NCBI GenBank assembly: GCA_046563655.1
Contig: CM102287.1
Span: 8,556,001 to 8,620,000, forward strand
Direction: 5' to 3'
DNA: 64,000 bases
DNA from: Yuukianura sp. NJ FZ-2021
Taxonomy: Eukaryota
Of the stretch, positions 26,422-51,544 are shown piece by piece (the stretch's first letter is position 1; each line of letters begins with the position of its first letter). A program made the translations under genes and the position numbers. The notes under the pieces are model-generated. The model was not told the DNA's origin. It saw only the letters and a list, made by a program, of their open reading frames with translations, and ran no database searches.

Positions 26422-27079
26422 TGTTCTGAAAGTAGAACAAAGATACAAAATAGATTCAAAATGTTAATAAGAATCATCATCATCAATTTACATTAAATTA
26501 AAAGCATGTGCTTGAGCTTGACGGTAATCTCGTTTCCTCCTTTACAACACCCGAAATCGGGGTTTCCGATACAGCTGATCCCTAATCCAACCTAAGATAA
26601 CATTGCGGTAAAGACGATAAGTACGTTGACTTAATTTTAATACTAATCGAACTACTAATTAATTAGTACCAACAATCAACAGAGATTGTTATTAATTAGA
26701 ATTTTACCTAATGTTAATTTCATATGTGCCCTGTCCCTGTACTAAGGTTGTTTTGATTATTTTTCGTATTCACCGAGGTGAGACTCCCAACTCACCCCAT
26801 CCCAACCACCAATTTGTCAGAGCTGGACAAACTTACCGTCAATAGTTTTTCATTTGCACTTCTTCCGCTATTATCGTCTCGTCCTCTCGTCAGTGTTAAT
26901 TTAATTATTAGTTTTGTGAAGTGCTAAAAATAGCTAATTTGTTACTTAATTGTGTTATTTCAGACCTAATTATAAATATATGGAGTTAGTAGTTTCCAGT
27001 GAATTGCTTTAAGCTCAGTCTGTGGGAGGTGGTGAGGCGTGAAGGTGGTATGTAATTTTCTGCTACCGACGACAATGCG

Positions 27080-27344
27080 CGGTTGAGGTAAACTTTAAAG
27101 ACCGTCTTTGTGGCTACACAGTGTAGCCTAGCCGCCGCCATTTTAAATGGCTACAGTGTGTGCTACAATGTGCAGCGAATTAAGCAGCCGCTTAAAACTA
27201 AAAAAAACCATAACCTTAACATAATGGCATTAAAAATTGCCATTAAAAATTGCCTTAATAGCCATTAAAAATTGCGAAGTTGCGGATTGCGGAGTGGCTA
27301 GACTGTGTGGCTACAATGACGGTCGTTAAAGTTTGTCTCAACCG
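27080..27344. mobile_element. MITE-like element, 265 bp, 49-bp terminal inverted repeats
   Basis: 27080-27128 versus reverse complement of 27296-27344 match 42/49; internal GCCATTAAAAATT repeats; no ORF; no clear TSD. Confidence 0.75.
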
Positions 27345-27602
27345 AAAGGCATAAAGTCACATTCTTTTAACAAAAATAGTTCTGTCACTCTTCTTTCTCG
27401 TCACGCCGTCACTGATCAGCCTCGGTCGATAGTGTCTGCTTGACAGACAAGTCGCGTAGTGTCATCCATCAGTCATCTCATCACTCATCAGCGAAGTGTG
27501 GAGGTGCAACTCAAGCCGTAACCGCCTCTTCTCGTCATCCTGTTCATTTTGCGACGTTCAGAACTTCAAAATCTGAACCTTGAAGTACGCAGTGAACTCA
27601 AA

Positions 27603-30139
27603 ATGTCCATGAACAATGTCTTTCACCCAACCGCTCGGAAATGGATATCCCCGTTATATAACATCGGGGAAATGACAGAGAAGCTCCGAAAAAGAGAAGA
27701 TGATTTCATGGGACCAGTGAAAAACCTACCTGACTGCGAACCAGCCAGGGCTGCTAAACGTGAAGCTGAACGTAAGGAAGTGGAAGGGAAGGTCGCGGAA
27801 GTCAAGCAACGATTGTTTGGACCAAAGGTACGTGGGAAGAAGAAGCCAAAGCGAAAGAAAGGTGAAGATGAAATGGACGACGATGAAGATGACGAAGTTG
27901 ACGATCATGAAGATTCGGATTCGACGGAATCAGAATATGATGGTGACGATAGGTACTCGGACGAGGATTCTGAGGCCGAGTATAAACCAAAGCGGAAGTT
28001 GAAACTGGAAGACGATTGGTACTTGTTTGATTCCGAAGGAGATGATATATCAGATGGAGAGCTGGAAGACTTGGAGTTGGACTTGGCTATTGAAAATGCT
28101 GCGGATATCCCGGATGCACCGAACGAAGAACCGTCGCAATCGAAGGCGAAAAGTGACACTGTGGCTGACGAAATTCCGGTGCCATCTGATAATGTAGCTC
28201 CAGAAGTTCCATTACCTCCTGATACTTCCGAACAAGACGCAAAAGAGTTCAAACTCTACTTTGACTACGTGGAACGTCATGCTGAGAAGATGGCTGAACG
28301 AAGTATGGAACGTAAAAGGGAAGAAATGGTGTTATTGCTGCAAGCCGAAGGTGAGATATCGAGTACAGAAGAGGCTGAACAGGAGTTTGAGAGGCTTTCA
28401 GAAGATACCAGGTATGTTCTGTTTAATTATTTTAAACATTTTAGATTATGCTCAAGCTTTTATAGTTGTTGAATTTCTTTTTGTGTTTACAGTCCTCAAC
28501 TGGCTTTCTCACCAAGTGAAGTAATTGTGGAAGACCCTTTGATCAAGGGCTCAGTGATGCCGATTTTAGCTGGACCGATTCCAAAGGAAGTGCTGAAAGC
28601 TTCGGGAACCTTGGCAGTTTACGCTGGCCTGTGTGACGAGCCAGGCAATTTTCAATGGTAAATACAATCTATAAAACAGAATGGTGGATCATATGATAGT
28701 TACGCCTTACGCAGCTTTGTTAATTTGCAATGTAAAACTCTTTGCTCTTTTGTTCAGGCGAATGGGCCATGTCGTGGACATTCTTTCGTCGCAGTTGAAA
28801 GGAAACTTACGATTATTGCGGGTAAACAGTATTAAGCACTATTAATATACTTGCGCAATGTAAATCTGCACTATGTTTAACGACGTTTATTTCTTATCAG
28901 GAGGAGAACATCGAGTCTTCGGAAGACAAGAAACGAGCGTTTGACCCCAACGAAGCAATTGTGACAGTTTCTATCTATCAGGCAGTGGAAGAAGTTGATG
29001 ACATCTTGCTGGAAATGCGAACGTAAGTTATCAGAACATCTACGATTCGGAACAACTTTTTTTTGAAATGTTTACAAAATATACGGTTTCATAGAATTCC
29101 TGAGCCGGAGTTTGCGTTCGAAGTTGAAATTCTTTCCTCCCAAACTGTGGGAGATTTGTGCGAGATGTTTGCGTGTCAAGCTGATTTGGTGTATACTGAG
29201 CCATTCAAAAACCCTGACGACCTGCCAGCGACGAACAACGCTGCCATGCGGTTGTACGGCGATAAATTATCAAAGGTAAGAAGCTGACAGATCGTCGGAG
29301 TGTTGAAATAGTTTACGAGGTTTACATTAACTTTACTTCAATTTGTTTCAGAATGTGTACCCATGGAAGGCCATTTTCATTCAGGATACTGTCTACGTCA
29401 ACTTTGACATAACGGATGACCTCTCCGAAGGGAAAGCTGTTGGATTGAAGCGTGTAAAAGACTGGGCTGCCCGTCATCGAGTGGACCATGGAATTCGCGA
29501 GATTAAGTTTTCGAGCAAAATGGATACGAAGTTATCGGAGCTGGATGTTCATCTGGGCTATCCGTACGTTTATATTCATCAGAGCACCAACTGCGAGCAT
29601 CTTTGGTGCTTCACCAGTGTTCGGTAAGTCCGATTTCCATACCACACTTTACTATAAAAGAAAAGTATGGGTTTCTTAATCCAAAGAAGTTTAACTCCTA
29701 TAACACATTTAACTTTAACTACTACTTTAACTACATTGCTAACCTTAAGGAAAATCAAGTTTTCATAATATTTCCTCATAAGTACTAATTCTACACTCTT
29801 ATTAGACTTCCGAGACGAGTTGAGCATTCAACTTTTCCTCGGAACAAGCGTATCGGAAAGTTTCCCACCAAATACTGCGTTATTGACAACGAAGTCTTAG
29901 CTCGGTAAGCCATACTAAAATTTACCTTAAAACACTATTTTATATATTTTGATTTTTGAAATATGAATTTTGTTCTCATTTTCAGCTGGGCCGTCTTTGA
30001 TTGTCCACGCCTTCCCCAAAATCCAATGTTTCTTTGCACGGAATGCGTCAAGCAGTACTGTTTCACCAGGAAAACGAGGAAATCCATTGGAGACTTCAAG
30101 CTGTTTCCCTTCTTCCAGTTGATTCATACCATTTCTTAA
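27603..30139 (+). CDS. SNAPC3: snRNA-activating protein complex subunit 3-like (SNAP50/Pbp49), divergent
   Basis: EVEILSSQTVGDLCEMFAC, IFIQDTVY, LGYPYVYIHQSTNCEHLWCFTSVR, C-terminal ARW...PQNPMFLCTEC...IGDFKLFPF; long acidic N-terminal exon. Confidence 0.8.
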
Positions 30140-30673
30140 GGCGCCTATAAGGTCAGCCCGTTCTTTATTACTTCTGTTTAATTTTAATTAATTGACTTGT
30201 TAATTGATGGCATAGTGGTTGAGTGGAAATTAATTTGATAGACTCCCGCAGTATTGCTCTAAGTTTGTTTCACTGAATTCATGCTAGAAGCTGTTAGATT
30301 TTTAGTGATTCTGTTTTCCATCAGTAAAGTAGAAATTGGCAAAGTTGATATTCTTCGCTTGAATTGGGTTGTGATAGACCAAGTTTAGTTTTCGCTTAGG
30401 GCTTTTGACTTCGGTTTTCCATGTTGGTCTTTGTTCAAGATTTTGTGAACACTTTTCAAGATTTTTTAACACTTTGTTCAAGTTTTTTGAACAAAAAGAC
30501 GTGGTGAAATGAAAGGGTTGTGAATTGTTAGCTTGTTCATTTTTTAAATAAGTTGATTTCCCTTGAGGGATGGAAAATTTCCGAGATTTGGCATTTTCCC
30601 CCCATTTCTCGTATGTGATTTTTTTTACTTTGGGATTGTGCTACGAATTTTTGCGGAGTTCACAGCTACAAAA

Positions 30674-31909
30674 ATGAATGGTGCATGTGTATACTATGGT
30701 TGGTTTGTGGTGTTTGTGTTAGTTTTTAAATCAAGTCTAAGTGCCAAAGTGCCACCGATTTTGCAAGATCCACTGCCATTTCTGGAAGATGGAGACGGAG
30801 ACAGAATAGTTGGCGGAGTGGAAGCTCTGGCGGGTGAATTTCCATATATCGTTAGTGTCCAAATTGCAAAAAGCCTTGCAGATCCGAACACAGTTTACCT
30901 CCATGCTTGTGGTGGCTCAATTCTCACGCCAGAATGGATCGTTACTGCGGGTGAGTTAACAATTGATTTTACAGTCAATGCAACGTTCTCATTGTGTTAC
31001 TTTTTTTGTAATCCAACAGGTCATTGCTCAACGTTTAAAAAGGAACGCTACCGGATTGTCGCTGGAGCGTATGACCTTCTTCATCCAAATGGAAACGAGC
31101 AAATCCGGAGAGCTGTCCGTGTTATAACACACAAGTCATACAACCCGTAAGTCAGACTATGTACAGTCGCTGTTCAGCATAATATTCATCAACATTTTTT
31201 GAAATGTGATTTTGAATTCTTGAAATTTCAGACAAACTGTTGACTACGATGCGGCACTTATTGAAGTCAGTCCTCCGTTTCAGCTCAATAGTAAAGTACA
31301 ACCTATCAGGTTGGTGGCTCAAGGAATTACGGTTAACGGTAATTGAAAATTTGAGTAATTAGATAAACTAAAGTCTGAATTTTTGAGTATGTTAATTGTG
31401 ATTTGTTATTCCTGAAGGGCTTGCCGAAACTCAGGGATGGGGACTGCTGAATAAAGATGATAAAGATACTCCAGCGATTCTGCAAAAAATTAAGCTCCCC
31501 ATAATCTCGGAACCGCAGTGCCACAAAATATACGAGGGCGTGAATTTGGTAATTACGGACAGAATGCTTTGTGCTGGATACGATGAAGGAGAAAGTGTTT
31601 GTAATGGAGATTCGGGTAAGAGAAAAGTTAGCGAAAAAATCCGTGTTGGAACCAGCAGGTCTTCGCTATGCTTTCTCCTAAATTAATTTCAGAAGACCTA
31701 GTTCCATTTGATTATTTTCGTGTAATTTGGAAATGGTTTTAGGAGGGCCTCTCGTCTGCTCAACCACGGCTGGAGAAAGTGTTCTCTGTGGACTCGTGTC
31801 GTGGGGCATTCCATGTGCTGTTGAAGGATATCCTGCAGTCTTTACTAAAGTATCCTCTGTCCTAGATTTCATTGGAGAATATGTTCGCAGCCAAAGTGAA
31901 GCCACTTGA
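30674..31909 (+). CDS. Secreted S1A serine protease, chymotrypsin-like
   Basis: Signal peptide, DR|IVGG, HACGGSIL, TAGHC, DYDAAL, GWG, ESVCNGDSGGPL, GLVSWG; complete triad, Ser at the position-189 equivalent; 5 exons. Confidence 0.93.
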
Positions 31910-33033
31910 AACAAGTTGAGAGGAAACGTGATTGTTTCAACAGCACAAAATACAATTTAACCTTTTGTATCTCGAGAGAGCACTTTATTGGTGTTAAAGA
32001 TTTTAATAAAAGATGTTCATGTCGAACCCTTCTTTTTGTCTGGAATGTCCGTTTGTTTGTTTTGGTGTGAAGAAGATAAATTCTAAAATGCGTTCTTCAA
32101 AGGTGAAAGTGGATGGCGTCTAGTTTGGCTTCTTTAGGGAAAAACCAGAGTGTTGAAGTAGAGACTAAGTTGTTTCTTGGGTTCGTGTCAACGGGAAATG
32201 GTGGGTACATGGTGTATTTTAAATTTCGACCAAAGTCTGACACTAGCTTTAAGGTTTTTGTGGAGTAATGAAGAAGTTGCGTTACCTAACTATTATCTGG
32301 CCTAAAAATAAGCCTAACCTGCTCTTCGGCAGTTCCGTTTGAACATGATACTAGCGTCGCTGGGTACATGCGGTGGCTGCCGTAGTTCAACCATAGGGCA
32401 GAGGATCAATAAAAGCAGGAGAAAGGAAGGGAACCTTTCTCCTCCATTTATTTCTCATTAGGGAAAGCACAAAACTTTCTCTTCCAGAACGACTGGAGGG
32501 CTCTCGTTACATTTTTGCATGGAAAGTTCCCTTTCACTCTAGGATCTTCCAGGAAATCCTGAACTGAGAGATATCTAGCACCAGGACCTTTAGATCCCTA
32601 CAATACTTTCACTTTTTTTTCAGATCCATTTGAGTGCTAAAGTTGAGAAGTTGGGGAAGGTAGCAACAAGGTTATTTCGCGGAGAGAGATTTCAGAACTT
32701 TCACTTCGCTTTTACTTCACTTTGGTGATCCTTGTTGCTTTTCTTTTTGACTTGTTCAGGGGATAAAGATTAATTAATAATGTAGTAAGGGCGAAGTAAT
32801 CTTTAGGAATCTGTGCCAATGGAATGGAAGTTACCAGTATTATGTGCTTGCCAATGGTATCATATTCGTCAGCAGTATTCTGTGGTAACATTTCGTTTTA
32901 CAAGTTTAAAACAGCTGGTTTTCTATAAATTGATTGACTTTTTTTTGTGTTTTAGGTACTGGAACACGTCCGGGTTAATTGAGCACAAGAATTTATTTAG
33001 TGGGACGGATTGACATTTTGCTCAAAGTTGACA

Positions 33034-36902
<3,869 letters not shown>

Positions 36903-37541
36903 CCTGAGTTGACCTTAGACCTTGTCAATTCGAAGAGGAAGCGCCGGAACAAAGTGAAGACGACGACAGCCACTCCATTGTGTTCTAAGGGCTTTGTCTG
37001 TAACTGTAGCCAAATTGTTCCCCAATTTATAGATGTTTAATTCAGGTGAGTAATTAACTCAATTATGATAGTATTTAACGAACGATCGAACCAGAATCTC
37101 ATGAACGTGTTAATTAGTTTTACTCATAGTTTAGCTCCTGGTGCTTTTAGTCAGCAAACGTAAAGTCCTTTCTCTTCCCTCCAATTTCCCGTAAAGTACT
37201 ACTAGAGGATAGCAGGGTTCATTCATTTTTACTGTGACCAAGACATTAACCTTACCGTGACCCTTATGTGACCTCTCTTTACTTGAGTCTTTAAGAGTAA
37301 AGACGTGCTACATAATGTTTAGTGTTGCTGCAATTTTTCTTACCATATTGCATTGTCTCAATACAGCGCCAGGGGTTTACCGCGGGAAATGTCATCATTT
37401 GAATTTTGGTTTTTTAATTTTTGTTTGTTTTGTTTTTTATTTTTTGGGTTCTGTCTCTGTTCTGGTTCTCCGTTTTTTGTCTCGGCTTCAACACTTGGAA
37501 AATCGCTTTCGTTTTGGAGTCAAGGATCATCGTTTCTGACG

Positions 37542-39300
37542 ATGGAGATGTTAGGAAGACAACTAGTGAGATGTCTCACTTACAATCCCATCATTTCCAG
37601 TGCAAGACTCTTTCACAGTACTCCATGTCTGGATCACCTTATGAAGCTAACGAGATGTCGAGTGGTGGACAACAGTGCGATCGGAAAGATAGCAATGGCT
37701 GAAGGAAAACCACCGAAAATTATACACATTTACAACAAGAAAGGAATTGGATCAATCGGTAAGGGCTGGATAAAAGTACGGTTCGGGTATAGGCATGTCT
37801 CCCTTGGCCTGGCCCTGACCGTGCCATTATCCAACAAGGTCGTACGGTAGGCTTAAAGAGCTGGACGATTCGTTTAGAAATAAGTGGACGTAGACCTCGA
37901 CGTATCCTATTCTTGTTGATATCTCATATGTCAAACTCAAAGAAATGTCATGCGAATCCAGTCGTTTCATATTTCGTTCGCTGTATTTTGTACGAAAATT
38001 TAGCCGTAACCTATGATGACAGCGCTGTTTTAATTTAACTTTTTTGACCCCAATTTAGACCTAATCTGTAGACCAGATTTTCCAGTCCTTTACTTCGATT
38101 TTGAAGCGGTTCCTGTAGATTCTGATTTCGGTTGCGTCGATTCTGACATTGGTTGCATCGATTCTGAAGCCGACGGGGGTTCTGATTCAGATCTCGGTAG
38201 CGTAGATTCTGAAATCGGCGGCTTCGATCCTGCAGTGGGTTGCATCGATTCTGAAATCGGTTGCATGGATTTTGAAGTCGGTGACTGTGATTTTGCAGCT
38301 TCTGGTCTAGACTTTGCAGTCCTTGACTTCGACTTTCCTTTTGAACGCCGTCGTTTCGATTTCGAAGTTTTTGTCCTCCCTTTTTCTGCTTTGCAGCGAA
38401 GACGGTATCTTCGTTTGCAGTTTATGATTCTGGCAACTGAGAATGACGGTTTGCAGCGGCAGTTTGTCGGGGGAAGCGCTGTGGTAATCGTATCCTTTTG
38501 GTACGACGATGGCGAAAATGGAGCCACGACGCGAAGCAATTGAATTTCTCCCATTGGAACGTTGTACGGCGCCCGGAGGTCATAGCCTCTGGTTGCAGAG
38601 TAGGCCAAGTTAAACATTCTATTCGGTGCTTGAGCGCTTCCTTGAGACTGACCAAATCCCAATGGCAAAGGGAGCACCGAAACCCGAATTTCAGGGTTTG
38701 GTCAATCACCCGCAAAAATTTTGATAATTTAGAATTCGGTACTTCTTTCGTGGACCACCGACAGTCCGTCCTCCGCGGTTCTGGACGAATCCACATCAAC
38801 TATTCAAGTATTCCCTCGGTGTAGTAAAACTTCTGCTAGTGGTCGGATGCCATGGAAACGAACGGCCGTAATTTCGGTTCTAGAAAATCCCGACAAAAAA
38901 TCTTCCTTTACCGCTTTAGTACTTTTCTTTAGTTGAAGAATGGGGAGCTACATTTACGCGGTTACCTAAAACTAACCTAACATTTGTCTATTCATTAGAT
39001 TAGCAAGTTTTTGTATTAACAACGACTATATTGTTTATATTTTCAGGTGACAAAGTCCTGGTAGCAATCAAAGGCGAGAAGAAGAAAGCCATAATCGTGG
39101 GAGTCAAGAAGCATCAGCCATTCTTTGTGCCCCGGACAGACACAAATAACATCGTTCTAATTGAAGAGAATGGAGCTCCTATGGGGACTAGAATCCATGT
39201 ACCGATTCCTACGATACTTAGAAAGATTTTGAAGTTCAAAACTCACAGCAAGGGGCCCGACTACACAAAAGTCCTATCGATAGCCTCTACATATATTTAA
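37542..39300 (+). CDS. MRPL14: Mitochondrial ribosomal protein L14 (2 coding exons)
   Basis: Exon 37542-37758 (LMKLTRCRVVDNSAIG...IHIYNKKGIGSIG) and 39047-39300 (DKVLVAIKGEKKKAIIVG...GTRIHVPIPT...KVLSIASTYI*), phase-1 GT-AG intron. Confidence 0.95.
37767..37833 (+). other. Predicted RNA stem-loop just inside the mRpL14 intron
   Basis: TGGATAA/TTATCCA, GTACGGT/ACCGTGC, GGGT/GCCC and TAGGC/GCCTG pair in a nested order with several G-U pairs. Confidence 0.65.
38090..38796 (-). CDS. Candidate nested antisense gene: C2HC zinc-finger ORF (38796-38422) overlapping a Lys/Arg/Ser-rich repeat ORF (38677-38090)
   Basis: FRCSLCHWDLVSLKEALKHRIEC = C-x2-C-x12-H-x3-C; second frame encodes SKSKRRRSKGKSKSR and SESMQP-type repeats; GC-richer than flanking intron; X-box upstream. 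How the two frames join is unresolved. Confidence 0.5.
38846..38859. promoter_or_regulatory. RFX X-box-like palindrome upstream of the nested ORF
   Basis: Minus strand GTTTCCATGGCATC, one mismatch from GTTNCCATGGNAAC, 50 bp before the ATG at 38796. Confidence 0.55.
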
Positions 39301-39420
39301 AATTTTTGTAAGAATTGCATAAAGTAAATATTGTAGCAGTCCGAAGTGATCGGCGCAAACACTTTAACATTGACTTAGAGTTTATTTCAAAGTTACCATC
39401 TAAAACTTTAAAAAGAATGC

Positions 39421-40048
39421 GGAATCCTTCGGGCGGTAGCAAATCTTTGGCTAGAGTGTAAAATGGCTTTGGATGTTTCTTGAAGTATCCGATTTCAAAT
39501 TCAAACATCTCCTGAGGATCATGTAATTTATACGTTTGTTGAATTTTAGCGTACAGGCTACGCGTCGGAGTTCGAAAGTCCGGAATTCCAGCGGCTGTCA
39601 ACAAGATCAAACCGATAATAGCACATTGTGAATGATAAAAGAAATGGAGACGCATCTGGAATTAAAACTTACAAGTAGAGATCCCTGCACCAGCCATGAC
39701 GATAATGTTTCTGCACTTCCCATCCTCGATGTATCGTTTGATTCCATCCAAACTGGCATTCTGTAGAATCTACAAGAAGAGGTATAAAGCCAATATTCAG
39801 TACTTCCGGTTCAACAATCATCTGACAATTTAATAACGTAATTGGCTTACTTTAGATTCATCAATTCTCCCACTCGTAGAAGAACCGGGATCAGCAGCAG
39901 TAGATAACGCTTCCACCAGTGGAATTAAGTCATCTCCACTTGTAGCTGTGGCAGCCGTGGAGCCAGTATCATCAGCTGATGACGATGATTCGGCATGCTG
40001 TCCGTGTCCGTGGGAAGCTGGAGCTGGAGAATCTTTTTTGGTACTCAT
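39421..40048 (-). pseudogene. SIRT2: Truncated SIRT2 duplicate (exons 1, 2 and part of 3)
   Basis: MSTKKDSP..., GAGISTSAGIPDFRTP..., breaks after DLLPPEGFR; catalytic His, zinc-binding and C-terminal exons deleted. Confidence 0.88.
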
Positions 40049-40254
40049 CGTCACTGATCTGGGTGGGGTGTGGTCACTTTGTCACGGACACTTTTTAACG
40101 TAATCAATTAAGATAATTAATTAAAACATGAATAAAGATGATTGTCACTAGAGAAGACGGAAAGAGAGTCTGTCTCATCTGTTTCTGTGTTTGTTTACAT
40201 TGAAATTTTCAAATAAATATGAACACGAAAGTTCCTTTTCCAAATGTGAATTTG

Positions 40255-41545
40255 TCAGATTTCAATTAGGCTATCGTACGGCGCGAAGAGGCAGGCTGCC
40301 CTTCGCTGCTGTGAATGAAAATTCGAGTCGCGGGAAAAAGTTGAAGGGAGGAAAAAGGGCAGGGAGCCTTTCTGACTCGTACGATCCCCGCATAGCTCCG
40401 GACAGTTTTCGAGAGGAACCATCAACTTTACACAGCAATTCTCTTTCCAAAACTCAAAAAACCAAAAATTTTTGAAAATTCATATCTCTGAAACGAAACG
40501 CTCTAGAGATTTGATCTCTTCGCGAATTAATTCATAATAGTGTAAAGTATTTTGCAAAATTTTGAAAGGTTGAAAAACGAAAAAAATTTTTTGCAAGTTT
40601 GCAGAAATTTTTTTTAAAGAATTTCAACTTCCTCGCGATTTCTGTGACCCCATCCGCCAGCTCACATTGCAAAACATCATTTCGCATAATTTAGAACAAA
40701 AATTTTGCAAAAAATGCACGTTGGAAATTTTGATGAAATTTGAAAAAATGGGAAGACTATAGTCTTTGCATTTTTTCAAAAATCGACAAGAAAATTTGTG
40801 TTCGCTTTTTGAGTTTTTTAAATTCTAAAAAATACTTCATGCAACTCTGAATTTAATCGCGAAGAGATCAGCGCTCCAAAGCATTCTGTTCACGAGATGT
40901 CAATTTTCAAAGTTTTTTGAATTTTAAAATCTTTTGTATGGAAATAAGTTTGAATGGAAGAAAAGTTTGGGGATTAATCCATACAAAAGTGGTTGGTTTT
41001 TCACTCAACTTTTTCAGTTCCACATACAAATAGACTCATCTTCCATGTTTAGAAATTTTTAAAAATTGCAACTTTGCAGTGATTTCTGTGACCCCATCGT
41101 CAGCTCACATTGCAAAACAATATTTAGAGTAAGTTTGTGCCAAAATTTTCCAATGACTCATCTTCCAAATGTTGACGAAATGACTATCTTTTCCAAAATC
41201 GATTGAAATTTTTCAGGTTGTTTTCGAAGTGTTTGAAATTTAAAAAATACATCAGACTGTTCTGAATTTAGTAGCGAAGACATCAGTCCTCTAGCGCATT
41301 TCGTTCTTGAGATTTAGATTTTCAAAGTTTTAGAATTTTGGAGAGAGATTTTGTATTGTTTTGTTAAGGAAGCTGCTTGGAGCCGGCCCGAGTTGACAGG
41401 AGATTATGCGGACCAAAAAGGTTCCTCTCCCTTCCTCAACTTTTTCTCTTTTTCCCGCGACTCGCCTCCCATTCACTGCTTCAGTGAACAAAGGAGGGAG
41501 CCTACCTGCCTCTTCTTTCCGTACAATCTCCGATCTAAATTTCTA
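40255..41545. mobile_element. Second copy of the foldback-like element (inside duplication copy B)
   Basis: Same inverted arms as 2415-3700, e.g. CGAGTCGCGGGAAAA vs TTTTCCCGCGACTCG (perfect 15 bp here). Confidence 0.6.
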
Positions 41546-42196
41546 CTCTCTCAAAGACGTCCAATGTAAAACTCTCTTTCCAAAATTTATACTTTCCAGC
41601 ATTTTTGCAATTCCATCGTCCGGCTTACCCTCCCAAATATCTTTTCGCCCAATTTAGCATCAAAATTTTGCAAAATATATTCGTTTCAATATTTTGTAAA
41701 ATAACTTATCTTCAAAATTTTTGTAATCAAAATCTGCAACAGTTATCTTGGTTTATTTTGTTGAAAAAAAAAACAATAAAATTTTATTGTTTTTTAAATA
41801 CAAAAACGTATTTTGGAAATTTTTCTAATCAATAAGTGATTTGGAAGGGAGATGTTTTCACCCTGAATTTTTAATGTCTAACCAAAAGTTGCAAATTTCT
41901 CAGGATTTTTGAATTTAATTTAATTGATATGATTGAAATGATGGTAACTTAAGAACTGAGCCTACAGATATATTTCAAAACGCTGAACGGGGAATGTCGC
42001 TCTACGAAATTAGATCTAGAAGAAAAACTTAAGTGGTTTCCGTTGCTTCATCAGCGGATATGTCATTCAAGGAGTTAGTTAGTTAATTGACAACTGCGGT
42101 AACGATTATGATACAATATTTAAAGGCAAACAATGCGCATTATACGAAATTGTCAAAACCTTAATTAATTTGCAACTAAATTACTTAAAATCTGAA

Positions 42197-51544
<9,348 letters not shown>

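Larger units (their letters stand above)
39223..41662. repeat. Segmental duplication, copy B
   Basis: Colinear with 463-3821 except for loss of the segment equivalent to 623-1616. Confidence 0.95.

Noticed and set aside
38013..38125. C-box-like ATGATGA in the mRpL14 intron
   Set aside because: No convincing D box with terminal stem or recognisable rRNA guide.
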